Source: Reclinomonas americana ATCC 50394 (Eukaryota). Taken from it: a stretch of 44,186 nt of DNA. Position 1 is the first letter of the stretch. Each line of letters begins with the position of its first letter. The notes beneath the pieces were generated by a model, which worked only from the letters and a program-made list of their open reading frames with translations, was not told where the DNA came from and did no database searches. The stretch is taken from positions 77,801-121,986 of the forward strand of contig PS015223.1 in assembly GCA_048213135.1 (NCBI GenBank), in the 5' to 3' direction. Shown one piece after another: positions 10,729-22,863 of this stretch. A program made the translations under genes and the position numbers.

Positions 10729-13278
10729 ATGGTACAGTGCAGTCTTGTGCGCACTCGATCATCGCTTCCTCACACTCATTGCATGGTTTTGTCGTCCGCT
10801 GCAGTCAGCCGCTGCCACGACCACCACTGTAAGCCTTCAAGCACATGTGTCATCCTCGATCGTCGCCACCGCCGACGGCCATCACATCGCCAGCGGGCGC
10901 TCTGACCACACTGTTCGTGTGATGTCCATGTTCACGCGGACCGAGGAGCATTGTTTCAGCGGTCACACTCGCACCATCCACTGTGTCGCCGCGTTTCCCG
11001 ACAGCCGACTGCTCGTCAGCGGCGGCGACGACAAGACCATCCGCGTGTGGTCGCTGGAGGAGAACCGAGAGGTGCAACGCTTTGAGAGACACACGGATGC
11101 CGTGCTCTCGCTGGCCGTGTCTCCCGCCGGCACCATGGTGATCAGTGGCAGTCGCGACAAGAGCGTGCGTGCTTGGTCGCTGAGCAGTGGGGAGCAACTG
11201 TGGCGATCCACGAGTCATGGCGGTGCTGTGACATCTGTCGCCGTGTCTGCCGAAGGCGAGATTGGCGCCAGCGGCAGCGAGGACCAGACGGTGCGCGTGT
11301 GGTCGCTTGCCACTGGCGAAAAAGTCAGAAAACTCGACAAGCACGGTGCCGCTGTGCGTGCCGTAGTGTTCGCCTTCGACAATCGTTTCCTGTTTTCTGC
11401 CTCCGACAGCGGCACCGTCATCAAGTGGTCGCTGGTGACGGGAACGCAGCAGCTACGGTTGCAGTGGCATCGAGGTCCCGTTCTGTCACTGGCGCTCACA
11501 CCGGACGGGAGTCACGTGGTGAGTGGGGGTGACGACCAACTGGTGCTCGTATGCTCCAGCTCCACTGGCAACGAAGTGCAGCGGCTGGCCGGCCACGAGG
11601 GAGCTGTGTACTCTGTTGTAATGACGCCTGACGGAAGCCAAGTTTTCTCTGCCAGTCGAGACAGGAGCGTACGCAAGTGGGACCTCGGTGCGCACGTTGT
11701 TTGTGTCGCTGTGGAGATTCTCGATGAGTGCTCCAACCTTATGCATGCGTGGTTTCGGTTCGCAGATGCTCGGGTGCTTGCGCAAGCGGGTCAGGACAGC
11801 GTTCTCGAGCTTCAGCGCATGCTTGCGGCGACGAAGATCAGTGAGACTCGACTGCGAGCGCTGTTGGATGCAACTCAGAAACAGGTCAACGATGATCAAC
11901 AAACCATGAAGGAGTTGCATCAACACGTTGCTGAATTAGTGTTGCAAGTGAGCGAGAAGGACGCCCGCCTTGCAGAAGAGAGGTCGATGGTGGCGGAGTT
12001 GCGTAGGCAGCTTGCTGTGATGGCAGTGGCTGGTGCGTTGTTTCTCTGCTCTTTTGTACCTCTTAGCCGTGCCGACTGACCTCTATCGTCAAAGACCCTG
12101 GTCGCATCCGAAAGTACGACTGGAGCGAGGTGGTGGCGGCTAGTGAGTCGTTTGATGAGCGATTCAAAGTCGGCGAAGGCGGTCAGGGTGCCGTCTACAT
12201 TTGTCTGCTGCGAGAGGAGCACGTGGCAGTCAAGTTGATCGACATTGACACCCCGTGGGCGTTGTCGTCGTATGAGAGCGAAGTTTCGTGCTCTCTGAAT
12301 GCTTCCCTGTGATCAGTGGACTGACTGCGTACGCCCAGGTTCGCACACTCGGTTGCCACTCTCATCCACGCCTTGTGCCTCTGCTCGGATATGCAGTGGA
12401 AGACTCCGATGCTGAGAACACAAGGAGGTGCCTTGTGTACCGTGCGCTGAGGTATGTCTGCGAGTCGGTGAACGGAACTGCAGCAAGAGTTCAACCTCAC
12501 TACGAATTATATTATTGATCGCAGTCGACTGGATCTCGAGAAGGTTCTTTTGCCGCAAGGAGAGCGGAGAAGACGACCTCTTAATGTGCTTCAACGTGTG
12601 TGCATTGGACTTGGGATTGTGGACGGCGTTGCGTACTTGCATGAGGTGCGTACGCGTACTCGGACGGATCGCAGTCGATGCCGCAGCATGGTGCTGACAA
12701 ACGCCACTGCAGAACAACATTATTCACCGTGACTTGAAGCCGTCCAACATTCTCCTCGAAGAACTCGAGGACCGGCTGGAGCCGCGCATTGGTGACTTTG
12801 GGCTGTCGCGTGTGATGGAGCAGGGAAAGGTCAGGGCTTGTGTTTCAAAGTCACGAGCTTTGTTCATGTCTCTCATTTACTATCGTGAACCTGTGCGGTG
12901 CTGCAGTCGCATGTCTCCACTCACGCCGCTGGCACTTATCACTACTTGGACCCGCTGATGTTGGAGACCGGCGAAGTACGGCCGGAGTGTGATGTCTACG
13001 GCATCGGCGTGCTGCTTGTTCAGCTGGTCACCGGCAAGGAGATTTCCGTCGTGAAGCAATGGTCGTCTCAGTGGTCCCGTAATCCAGCTGCACTCGACCT
13101 GCGATCGTTGGCCGATGTGGAGGCAGGAGAGTGGCACCCACGATTGTGCGTTCCGATGGTGGAGTTGGGATTCAAGTGCATGTCGATCCGCGACGTGCGA
13201 CCGACTGCCGCAGAGGCCCTGCGCGAGATGCGGCGACTGCGGGAGATTTGTGGGCAGTTCACAATGCTCATCGACTGA
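10729..13278 (+). CDS. WD40-repeat / coiled-coil / IRAK-Pelle (RLK/Pelle-type) Ser/Thr kinase fusion
   Basis: About 7 WD repeats (GH...DKTIRVW, DKSVRAW, DQTVRVW, DRSVRKWD), then a heptad-rich segment. Spliced kinase exons carry GEGGQGAVY, VAVK, HPRLVPLLGY, GVAYLHE/NNIIHRDLKPSNILL, IGDFGLSR, GTYHYLDP, DVYGIGVLL, RPT. All introns GT-AG and in phase. The start codon (10729 or the in-frame 10633) is uncertain. Confidence 0.85.
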
Positions 13279-13499
13279 TGGCGTGCCACTCGGCAGATCA
13301 TCATCCTTATTATAATAATGCACGCGTGTACGATATCCATGGCCCAAGTCGTTCACTGAGTTTTTTTTTGTCTTCTCATAACCGCGCGCACTGATCGTTG
13401 TCGACGAGTGATCGACAACAACATTCGCGGTGTATACATACGTACACCGCGAGAGAGAATGAGAAAGAAAGAGGGAAAGAGGAAAGGAACGCATGCCGA

Positions 13500-14239
13500 T
13501 TAAAAGACGTCGATGAGGAGATGCACGCTGGCGGCGAGTGTCGTCAACACGCCGAGATCGTACATCAGGTATCGGAGCGGCTGCATGCGCAGCACAAAGA
13601 ACAGCGAGTGCATCAGTCGTGCAAAGGTGAACACGACAAAGTACACCACAAAGGCGTTCTGGCGTGCCCCGTTGAGGTTTCTGGTGAGCACCAGAAGTAA
13701 GCCGATGATGAGGAAGATGGGGATGTTCTCCACATCATCCCTGCCAGGCAGTCAGTGAGTTGTAGTGTGTGAGGAAGAAGCGCAAAATTGTTGGCGAACC
13801 GAAGCATGGCGGTGCCGCGATCGACGCGCGACAGGATGCTGCTGATGCCGCCGACGACTCTTCCTTCGCCTGGAATGGCCACCTCCTTGTGGGCGGCCGC
13901 AGGCTCTGGTTGGAAATCCTGCAAGTGCGTGTGCGAGGATCTCCAAGGTGAGCATGAGAGGCGACGGAGAGCAATTCAGCAAGATTTTTGACCAGGAGAC
14001 GACTGACTTCAGGCGCAAGCGGTCGACCCTCCTGCCGGCGCGCCACCGAGGTGTAGATGGCACTGGCCAACATCTGCGCAGAGAGAGACAAGGAAGCATC
14101 GCAGCGTCAGAGGATTCGGAAACTGCAGAATCTGAGCTTCTCTTTCGAATTCTTCGCAACAAACCTTGACGTAGAGGGTGACGGTGCAGACGGAGAGGGC
14201 CTGCACGGCCATATTGGTTCCCTGGACGATGACAGACAT
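13500..14239 (-). CDS. MAPEG family membrane protein (MGST1/PGES-like)
   Basis: Four exons splice to MSVIVQGTNMAVQALSVCTVTLYVK-MLASAIYTSVARRQEGRPLAPED...RVDRGTAMLR-DDVENIPIFLIIGLL...FTFARLMHS...QPLRYLMY. The D-x-E-N-I-P-x-F, ARxxH and PxR motifs are MAPEG hallmarks. Confidence 0.85.
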
Positions 14240-15159
14240 GGTGGCGAGGGTGGTTGTTGCTGTTGTTGTTTTGGTGGTGGTGGTGGTGTTCGATTAAAGT
14301 CTGTGCAAAGATTGCGCATGGTGAGTGAGTGAGAGAAACGGATGCATATGGTGATGGATGAGGAGCAAGAGGCACGAAGAGAGAGGTGGGGAGGGGAGGA
14401 GGGGAGGGGAGGGGAGGGGGGAGGAAGGGTGAGACGAGGGAGTACCCAACTGAGCAGTGGGATGCTCGCTCTCGCCGCAACGATTCGGATGCAAACAGTG
14501 GGGGAGAGTGATTCGGAAAAATGGTTCCCGCCTGGACAACTCGACAAACAGGCGAGTGTGATCGACTGTGCAGCTGGCACTCGCTGTGACGCGATCCCTT
14601 ACCTGTTTACCGACGCACTGCTTACGTAAGGTAGTCTCTCTAGGAGGGTGGCGTCCTCGCAGGTGAACGGCGGCGTGAGGGAGGAGGCGAGAGAAAGATT
14701 CTGGCGCCGGCGGCGGAGAAACAACGAGGGTCATGTCGATTCTTTTGTATCACTGGCAAGCGAACAGCTTTGTACGTCGTGAGTCACAAACATACAACAA
14801 AGGGATCAAGAGAGGCTCGCAGAGTGACAAGTTCGCGGTTTTCGATGATCGCTGCGATGATCGCAGCGCAACAATGGTCGCGCAGACAACGTCGACGTCG
14901 TGCACGTGGCCAGCTGCCTCCCGCGACAGTTGCCTTCCGGATCCGAACGGAGCTCCTGCTTCGATCTCCAAGGACCAATCACTGCGACCATATGTGCAGC
15001 CACATCGCAGTGCACGTGATGCTCACTCTGAAGGTCGTCTGTTGACGTCGCCGATCCACGTCACGCACAATTTGCTCTCGTCACGCGATTTCGTTTCATC
15101 TCACCCTCTCCCCTTGTACGCCAACCGCCATCCCTTTCCCCCTCTCCACCTACTCACCC

Positions 15160-16088
15160 ATGTCCAGCGCCGCCACCGCCCACGAAAGCACCAGCAACGG
15201 CCACCACGCCAACGGCCACCATGCCAACCACCATCACGCGGGAGGCTCCTCGTCGACCAACGCAGTGAGCCACCAGCGCACGCCACTGCCCGCACGCGCC
15301 GCCCACTTCACCGTCTGCACCATCATGTACCGCTGGCTCACCCTCGGCGCCGAGGAAGACCTCCAAGTCGGCGTCGCCTCGCCCATTGGTCGCGAGGACA
15401 TCCAGATCACGCACCCCGACGGCACCCTCACACTCGAGTATGTGCACTACACGGAGCAGAATGCGCTCACCGACTTGCAGGTCAAGGCCTTTTTCAAGCG
15501 CGGACTCTCGGTCAGTTGTATTTCTCCGCTTTTTTTGTGTTGCTGACGTGATCATGTCATGACAACTCTTTCTTTTGTTGTTGTGATGATGATGATGATT
15601 GCTAGGGCGAGTATGCGTTCCCCGAGGAGAGACTGCGGTTGACCACGAACCGCGCCTCTAACACGCGCGATGGTGAGCAGAGTTGTCGCGAGATTCCTTT
15701 GTTCGCGCAGAGTTGTCTGACTCTTCTGTCTGTGCACAGCCAATCCGCAAGAGGCGGCCAAGGCCGGCAAGAGGGCGCCGGTGCCGGGCATTGGCGACTT
15801 GCCGGTCGATGGCCGCTTGAGTGACTTGCCTGTCAAGCTGACGGTGGACGGGCATGAGTTCTGCCACATGATGCAACGAGGTGCGAGTGGGTTTGAGGGC
15901 GGGGAGGAGCGGGGAGAGGGAGGAGGACGTGTCTTTTGTGTTGCTGAATGTGTGTTGTGCCGAAAGGCGGTTGTGCTTTCGCATCTCTTTGGAGTTGTCT
16001 CGCCGTGGGACGTCTTCATTCCGCTCGTGACACTGCAGGCCGCGCACGCTCTCCTCTTTGAATTCCGCCACTTCTGCTGGTCGTCGGG
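15160..16088 (+). CDS. Hypothetical protein, 3' part unresolved
   Basis: ORF 15160-15510 with coding-like codon usage, donor G|GTCAGT, and further coding-like exons to ~15880 and ~16088. No family recognised; runs into degenerate repeats and a gap. Confidence 0.5.
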
Positions 16089-16843
16089 GTGATGTGTTTC
16101 TCGCAGCCGTGGTCTTTCCTGTATCTCTCACACTGCCCGTTCGTGCCATTCTCTGTATTGCTCCACTCCCACGCTCCATGCAAACTCCGGGACTGCTGGT
16201 CGTCGGGTGTTGTCTCCTTCCCTGTGTGGTGTTTCCTATCCCTGCATCTCTCACACTTTCCATTCGTGCCATTTTTCTGTACTGTCGCACCCTCTGTACA
16301 ACTCCGGCCCTGATGTTGCTTTCCTCTCTACGTGGTCTTTTTACCTTCATCTCCCATGATGCCCGTTCCTGCCCTTTTGTCTGAATTGCTCCACTCCTTG
16401 CAACCACACTAACCATGCAATATCCGGCCCTGCTGGTTGTCGGCTGTTGCATTCCTCTGTCGTCTTTCCCTCTATGTGTCACCTCGTGTTTTCTCTGTGT
16501 TGCTCCACTCCTCGCAGCCCACCTTCTCCTTACAAAGTCTGTCACTGCTGGTCGTCGAGTGTCCTTCCTCCCTGTGTGGCCATTCCCTCTATCTGCTTCC
16601 TCTTTCTCTGCATTGCTCCACTTCTGGCACCACACTCTCCACACTACTTCCGTCACTGTTTGTCGACGGCTGTTGTTTCCCTGCCTGTGTCTTCTTTCCC
16701 TCTGTCACCTCGTGACTTCCCTCAGTACTGCTCCGTCTTTGCAGTCCAGATGGGTGTTGCCTTACCCCTGTGTGCTGTGCTGTACCTGTATCTCTCACAC
16801 TTTTCGCTATTTCTCTTTGTTTTGCTTTTCTCCTCGCAACCCA
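16040..16843. repeat. Degenerate ~120-nt tandem repeats (TC-rich)
   Basis: Recurrent CTGCTGGTCGTCG(G/A)G, ATTGCTCCACTCC and TATCTCTCACACT motifs at roughly 120-nt spacing, ending at the N-gap. Confidence 0.7.
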
Positions 16844-17761
16844 NNNNNNNNNNNNNNNNNNNNNNNNNNNNNNNNNNNNNNNNNNNNNNNNNNNNNNNNN
16901 NNNNNNNNNNNNNNNNNNNNNNNNNNNNNNNNNNNNNNNNNNNNNNNNNNNNNNNNNNNNNNNNNNNNNNNNNNNNNNNNNNNNNNNNNNNNNNNNNNNN
17001 NNNNNNNNNNNNNNNNNNNNNNNNNNNNNNNNNNNNNNNNNNNNNNNNNNNNNNNNNNNNNNNNNNNNNNNNNNNNNNNNNNNNNNNNNNNNNNNNNNNN
17101 NNNNNNNNNNNNNNNNNNNNNNNNNNNNNNNNNNNNNNNNNNNNNNNNNNNNNNNNNNNNNNNNNNNNNNNNNNNNNNNNNNNNNNNNNNNNNNNNNNNN
17201 NNNNNNNNNNNNNNNNNNNNNNNNNNNNNNNNNNNNNNNNNNNNNNNNNNNNNNNNNNNNNNNNNNNNNNNNNNNNNNNNNNNNNNNNNNNNNNNNNNNN
17301 NNNNNNNNNNNNNNNNNNNNNNNNNNNNNNNNNNNNNNNNNNNNNNNNNNNNNNNNNNNNNNNNNNNNNNNNNNNNNNNNNNNNNNNNNNNNNNNNNNNN
17401 NNNNNNNNNNNNNNNNNNNNNNNNNNNNNNNNNNNNNNNNNNNNNNNNNNNNNNNNNNNNNNNNNNNNNNNNNNNNNNNNNNNNNNNNNNNNNNNNNNNN
17501 NNNNNNNNNNNNNNNNNNNNNNNNNNNNNNNNNNNNNNNNNNNNNNNNNNNNNNNNNNNNNNNNNNNNNNNNNNNNNNNNNNNNNNNNNNNNNNNTTCTA
17601 TCTCGATGCCCCACCCCCTGCTCCTCTCTCTCTCGCTCGCTGCAAGCCACAAGAGAGTGAAAACCATTGAAAAAAAGGAGCGCGAAGTCAATTGTTTATC
17701 AGTGACAGGACACGACAAACCGCGCGCTCTGCCTTGATCGTTGGTGAGAGAGAGCGACACA

Positions 17762-18388
17762 ATGGGCCTCGGCGAGCTCTTCATCAGCACCTCCTCTGCA
17801 CTGCTCTTGCTCGGCGTTCTGCTGACTGTGGGTGAGTGTAACACACAGAGAGAGAGAGCGCTGTGTAAATCTCCTCTCCTCTCTCACTCTTTCCCGCTCA
17901 GGTTGGTGGATCATGTGGAAGCTCTACCTGCACAAGATCAAGTTCTTTCGAGACTTGCTCGGCATGGATCAGGCACCATCGCGACCACAAAGAGATTACG
18001 AGCGACCGCCAAGCTTCACTGACCTGGTGCGTGTGAGTGGCGAGAGGAGAGAGTGAGAGGAGTGTGTGTGAGAGAGAGAGGCCGACACGTCTTCAGCGTG
18101 GTCGTTTTTGTGCGCGCGATCACGGGACAACTCCCCTCCACTGTTGTCTCTCACACTCATGTCACTCTTTGCGCTGTCTCTCCTCCCTTCCACCTTCTCC
18201 TCTCTCTCTTGTCGATCGCACGGTCACTCAAGAGACAATCATCGTCTTCGGCATTGCAGATCATGAAGGGCAACGCTCACCAGCGAGGAGGCGGTCGTCG
18301 ACACCGCGGTCCCGGGTCGGATAGTTCACTGCTGGAGACGACTGCTGCGCCTCCACCACTACCCACGGAGCATGTGGTCGCACAGTAG
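17762..18388 (+). CDS. SMIM13: Small integral membrane protein 13-like (DUF4750)
   Basis: Three exons give MGLGELFISTSSALLLLGVLLTVGWWIMWKLYLHKIKFFRDLLG..., matching the SMIM13 pattern GW(Y/W)xxWxL(F/Y)LxKxKFxR(E/D)LxG after a hydrophobic helix. Ends in TAG. Confidence 0.75.
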
Positions 18389-18500
18389 GTTGAGATGACC
18401 TCTTTTGTTTTTTACACAAAAGCAGTTGTGGTGGTTCATCCTTGTACACAAGTGAAATGCCTGGCGTCAACAACGTACGCGCGACTTATTCATTGCAATG

Positions 18501-21500
18501 TTACACGTCGAGAACCATGGCCGCTGGTCGTTTTCGGCTGCTCCGCTCACCGACGTAATGCGCAACACTGGCGGCTGCAGTCGACAATGCCGCGACGGCT
18601 GGATGCGTGGGCGGTGGTGGCAGCGTGCGTGCCAGGCTCGCCAGCTCCTCAAACTGCTGCTCGCGGGCACCCACCAGCTGCCGCTTGATGCGTTCACGTG
18701 CCACGGTCAGCTCGGCCACCTCGCGCAATCGCTGGAAGTCGCCAAACAGCTTGAACATGGTCATAAAGTTGGACTCGCGCTCCGAGAGGTGCGAGCGTGC
18801 GGCGAGTGCGGCCGCCGCTGCACGCACCGGGTGCCACACTCGCGAATTGCCAGCTGACGACGTGACGGCCGTTGCATTGCAGGGCCGCTTGCGCGCCAGT
18901 CCGGCGGCACGAATGTCGCGCAGCAGCGAGAGTGGCTTGGCGTCCGAGACGAACAGCCGGCGGCGCTCGTCGTCGCCGGGGGCCATCAACATCTTGTCGT
19001 CCTGGGTGAAGAAGGAGACCATGCCGCGGGCGACCTCGCCAAACTCGCGTGCGTACTCCATGTCGCTGAGATTGATCAGCACCAACGACGGCTCGCCGTG
19101 CCGCCGTCGCCACCGCAGGTCGGCATCACGGGGGAACAACTCCTGAATGGGCACAGGTGCAGGCAGCTGCCACTCGTCGGGGTCGCTGTGCAACACGCGC
19201 GACACCACCACCTCCATGTGAATCGGCGCCATGAACGAGTGCTTCGCCGCCCACAGGTGACCGGCCGCGCGGATGAACGCCTGCGAGGTGGGATGGCTCG
19301 GTTCCGGAAACACGTCGCGACACGAGGCGAACAGCGCGTTGGCATTGCGCATCACGGCTGTCACCACGGCCGAGTGCACATCGCGTCGCTCGGCCGGCGA
19401 CCGATGTGCAAACTGACGGAAGAGGGCGTTGATTTCGGAGCGCCACACATCCAGCGGACCAATCATGGGTCCCACACGCAGCACGCCGTCCTCATCCTCG
19501 AACGGGTTGTCGCTGCTGTCGCTGTCGTGGCCACTGGCCTTGGCGGCATCCGCGTCGCCGGCGGATGCAGAAGAAGCCGTTGCGCCAGCGAACGCACTCG
19601 ACGAGCCGGCGCCTGCTGCTGCCAAAGGCGACCCAGGCGTGTCCTTGTTGGCCGCTTTCGGCGCCTTCTTGCTCTTCTTCAGCGACGAAGACGAGGAAGA
19701 TGCGGCGCCGCTGCCGCCGGCCGACGTCGCGTGGGAACCAGCCGGTCTCCTTCGCGGTGGTTTCATATTGTAACTCTTCTGCGCACGCCACGCCCGTCCA
19801 TGAAAGTGTCAATGAATGATGCAAAAGCGAGGGGCAGGCATGCTCTTCACAAACACAAACACACACACCCGCCGCCGTCGATGCTTGACTCGTCCTTCCT
19901 CGCCATTTTCGCGGCGTGCAGGTGCCAAGTGCCGATGATTGCGACAGTACACCCGACAAGGATCACCAAACACCAGCAGCGCGTCGCGCGGATTCAAGTG
20001 CGCACAGCGTACGTGGAATGCACGTGTACACGAGGCCGCCGCACATTGAATCACGGCACCCATCGAGTGCGAGCAGAGTATGCACGACTGCGAGGTAAAG
20101 AGTGAGAGAGCACGAGTGTGACAGACGACGTGGCATGCACGTCCACGCACCAGCTCAAAGCGCGTCTTCACAATGTTCTCCAGGCCACACAACGGTTGCA
20201 TCCAGGGCACACGCTCCTCGGGCACATAGCAGCCGGGCATCCACAGGTTGCACTGCACGTGCATCCACTCGCCAGTGTCGGTCGGCTTGAACGCACCCGA
20301 TCGATCCGGGCACAAGACGCAGCGCTGAGGACGGAAGTGAGCGGGGAGAGAGAGAGAGAGACGAATAGAGAGAGGGGGAGAGACAGAGCACTTGAATTAT
20401 CTCGGATTCCCATGTTTCTTTCTCCCCGTTTGTTATTCTAACTCTCTTCTTTCCTCTCTGACCGATCGAAAACTACACACTGACGGAACGAATGGGGCGT
20501 TCACGACACAAGAGAGAGAGAATCACACACACATCAACATTCTCTTGCACAATTTCTCTCTCCACCTTCCGTATTTCTTTCCTCCCTCTGTGTCCGTCTC
20601 ACTCTCTTTTCTCCTTTCCTTCCAGATCACACGAAGCTAAGATACAGTGAGCGGGGGTGCAGGTACACACACAGAGAGAGAGAGAGAGAAAGGGAGAGAG
20701 GGGGAGGAAAGGAGAGAAATTCACACACATATCAACATTCTCTGCACAATTTCTCTCCACCTTCCGTATTTCTTTCCTCCCTCTGTGTCCGTCTCACTCT
20801 CTTTTTTTCTCCTTTCCTTCCAGACCAACACGCAGCTAAGATATAGTGAGCGGGGGAGAAGACACATACACAGAGAGAGAGAGAGAGTGGGAGCGGGAAG
20901 GAGAGAGAGAGAACCACAAATACACCAGAGCACATATCCACTTCATTCCTCTCTCTCTTGTTTCTTTCCTCCCTCATCAATCCAGGCAAAACACGCAGCA
21001 CTGATGACAGAGTGAGCGGGGACGATCACGAACTCCACACGTAAAGAGAGAGAGACAGAAAAAGTGAGTCACAACAGAGCCACACTATCTCTCCCTCTTT
21101 CCTTCACATTCCTCACTCTCCCTCTTCTCCCTGATCGATGGGCACAAGGACGGAATGCTTGGGGGCGATCACGTACCTCAGACACACATCCACGCCCACA
21201 CAGAGCCACACTTGCATCCTCTCGCATTCCTTCTCCCTCTCCCTGCCCTCTTATCCCTCTCCTGCCCTAGATTCCTTCTCTCTCCTTCCTCCCTCCCCTC
21301 ACTCGCCCTTCCCCTTCTTCCTCCCTTTCCCCGTCGCCCTTCCCCTTCTTCTCCCCTTCCCCCTTTTCCCCTCTTACCACCCACCACATCATTGGGCGAC
21401 ACCGACGAGCACCGATTGCACACCCACGGATCCTCCTCCTCATCGGGGAACTCCGCGACACCGTAGCACGACTGATGCACAATCACGCCACATGATGCAC

Positions 21501-22723
21501 ACGTAATCAGCCGATCATCGTCGTCCTCATCCGTCTGCATGCACACATCGCAGCGAATGGGCGGCGGAGGGGGCGGAATGTTGGCCACCGCGCCCGGACC
21601 AAAGCCATACTCGGTGGCCTCCTCCACCGTGTCAAACAACACGCACTCCAGCAAGCGACCCTGATCCAACGCCCGTGCCGACTGGCGAATGACTCCCGGA
21701 CGTCGGACCACGAACTTGAGCTGCCATGGGGGGAAGAGTGAGACACAACATGTCGACAACCCCCATCGGCGTGCACAGTACGCACCAAGTAGAGGAACAG
21801 ACGCTCCAAGCGGTCCGTGACCGCCTCGAGCGCCGCAATCATGGTACCCGAACCGAGTGGGAGGGCGACGGTGGATTCCTTCTCGAATGCCTCGCAGAAG
21901 CGCACATCGTCTGCGTCGGCCAAATACGCCGGCTCCACAATGTCTCGATCAAAGTGGCGATGGTGGTGAATGTACGATGGTGGAAGCACAAACTCCTCTC
22001 GCGGCACCATGTTCTGCTCCGGCACCGGATACCCCTCGTCTCCCGTGCGCACCATGTCGGCTTCGCGCACCGATGGCACATCCACAATCAGCGGACCCAG
22101 GTCGACCTCCTCATCCTCGTCGTCGCTGCCGCCGCGGTCGGCTTTGCTTTCCGCACTCCGATCCGTCTGCACATCAAAAGTCAGCACACACGAAAAGATG
22201 CAAACGACACAATGCCTGTGTGCCTGCTCTCACCTGTGCTGCTGCGGACGGCACTGGCGACGGGGTGACTGCGGCGCTGGCGGTGACACTGGTTGTGGTG
22301 GTGTTGGTCGATGTCATCACCGCCAGCATCGCCGATCCACTGCCGTTCGTCGGCAGCGCGTACTGTCGTTGTGACGACACAGCCATCCACGACTCGTCCT
22401 CCTCCACCAGCGCCCGCCACAGCGCCGAGTCCTCCGACGGAAACATGGCCGGTGTGTACACTGCCATGAGCACCGTCGGATCGACACGCCGCTCACGAGG
22501 CTTGACGGTGGCCGAGGGACCAGCACCCTCACCCACATCGCTGCGGTCACCACCGTCGCCCACAGGCGACACGGTACGCTCGCGGTCCGACACCGAGGGC
22601 GTGGTGGCGCGTGTGGACGAGCGCAGGCCGGGCGATCGTGCTGGCAGGAACAGCTTCGGTTGCAAAGCATCCTTGCGTGGACGACCACGTGGCCTTCCGG
22701 TCACCTTGCGACTGGCCGCGGTC
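18501..22723 (-). CDS. EPC-N + PZP (PHD-Zn knuckle-PHD) chromatin protein, BRPF/JADE/Nto1-like; 5' end lost in gap
   Basis: AT-hook-like GRPRGRPRK. EPC-N-like PPSYI...YLADADD. PHD1 CDVC...CASCGVIVHQSCYG...WVCNRC. Then CVLCPDRSGAFKPTDTGEWMHVQC and CILC...GAVIQC...CTRAFHVRCA...YCRNH. Spliced in phase (RRRR|KSYNMKPP) to ORF 19766-18501, which carries the BRPF/JADE-like helix DFQRLREVAELTVARERIKR. Confidence 0.85.
20330..21390. repeat. Long intron containing degenerate ~190-nt tandem copies of the adjacent acceptor/exon junction plus GA/TC microsatellites
   Basis: True junction TCCGGGCACAAGACGCAGCGCTGAGGACGGAAGTGAGCGGGG (~20305-20346). Diverged copies at ~20620, ~20820 and ~20980. Blocks 20521-20640 and 20718-20840 are nearly identical. 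Confidence 0.75.
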
Positions 22724-22743
22724 NNNNNNNNNNNNNNNNNNNN

Positions 22744-22863
22744 CCCACAGCAGCAGCAGCAGCATCGCCAACAACAGCAAAGCCCAGTAGTGGTCCAGCT
22801 GCCTCTGAGGAAGACGAGGAGGAGGATGTGGACGAAGACGATTTCGAGGACGACGACGATTGA
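22744..22863 (+). CDS. 3' end (acidic tail) of an otherwise missing plus-strand gene
   Basis: PTAAAAASPTTAKPSSGPAASEEDEEEDVDEDDFEDDDD-TGA immediately after a 20-N gap, followed by an AT-richer spacer. Confidence 0.5.
   Translation, partial: PTAAAAASPTTAKPSSGPAASEEDEEEDVDEDDFEDDDD

Noticed and set aside
16040-21390. CRISPR-like array or transposon in the repeat regions
   Set aside because: Repeats are degenerate without unique spacers; no cas, transposase or RT ORFs, terminal repeats or target-site duplications seen.
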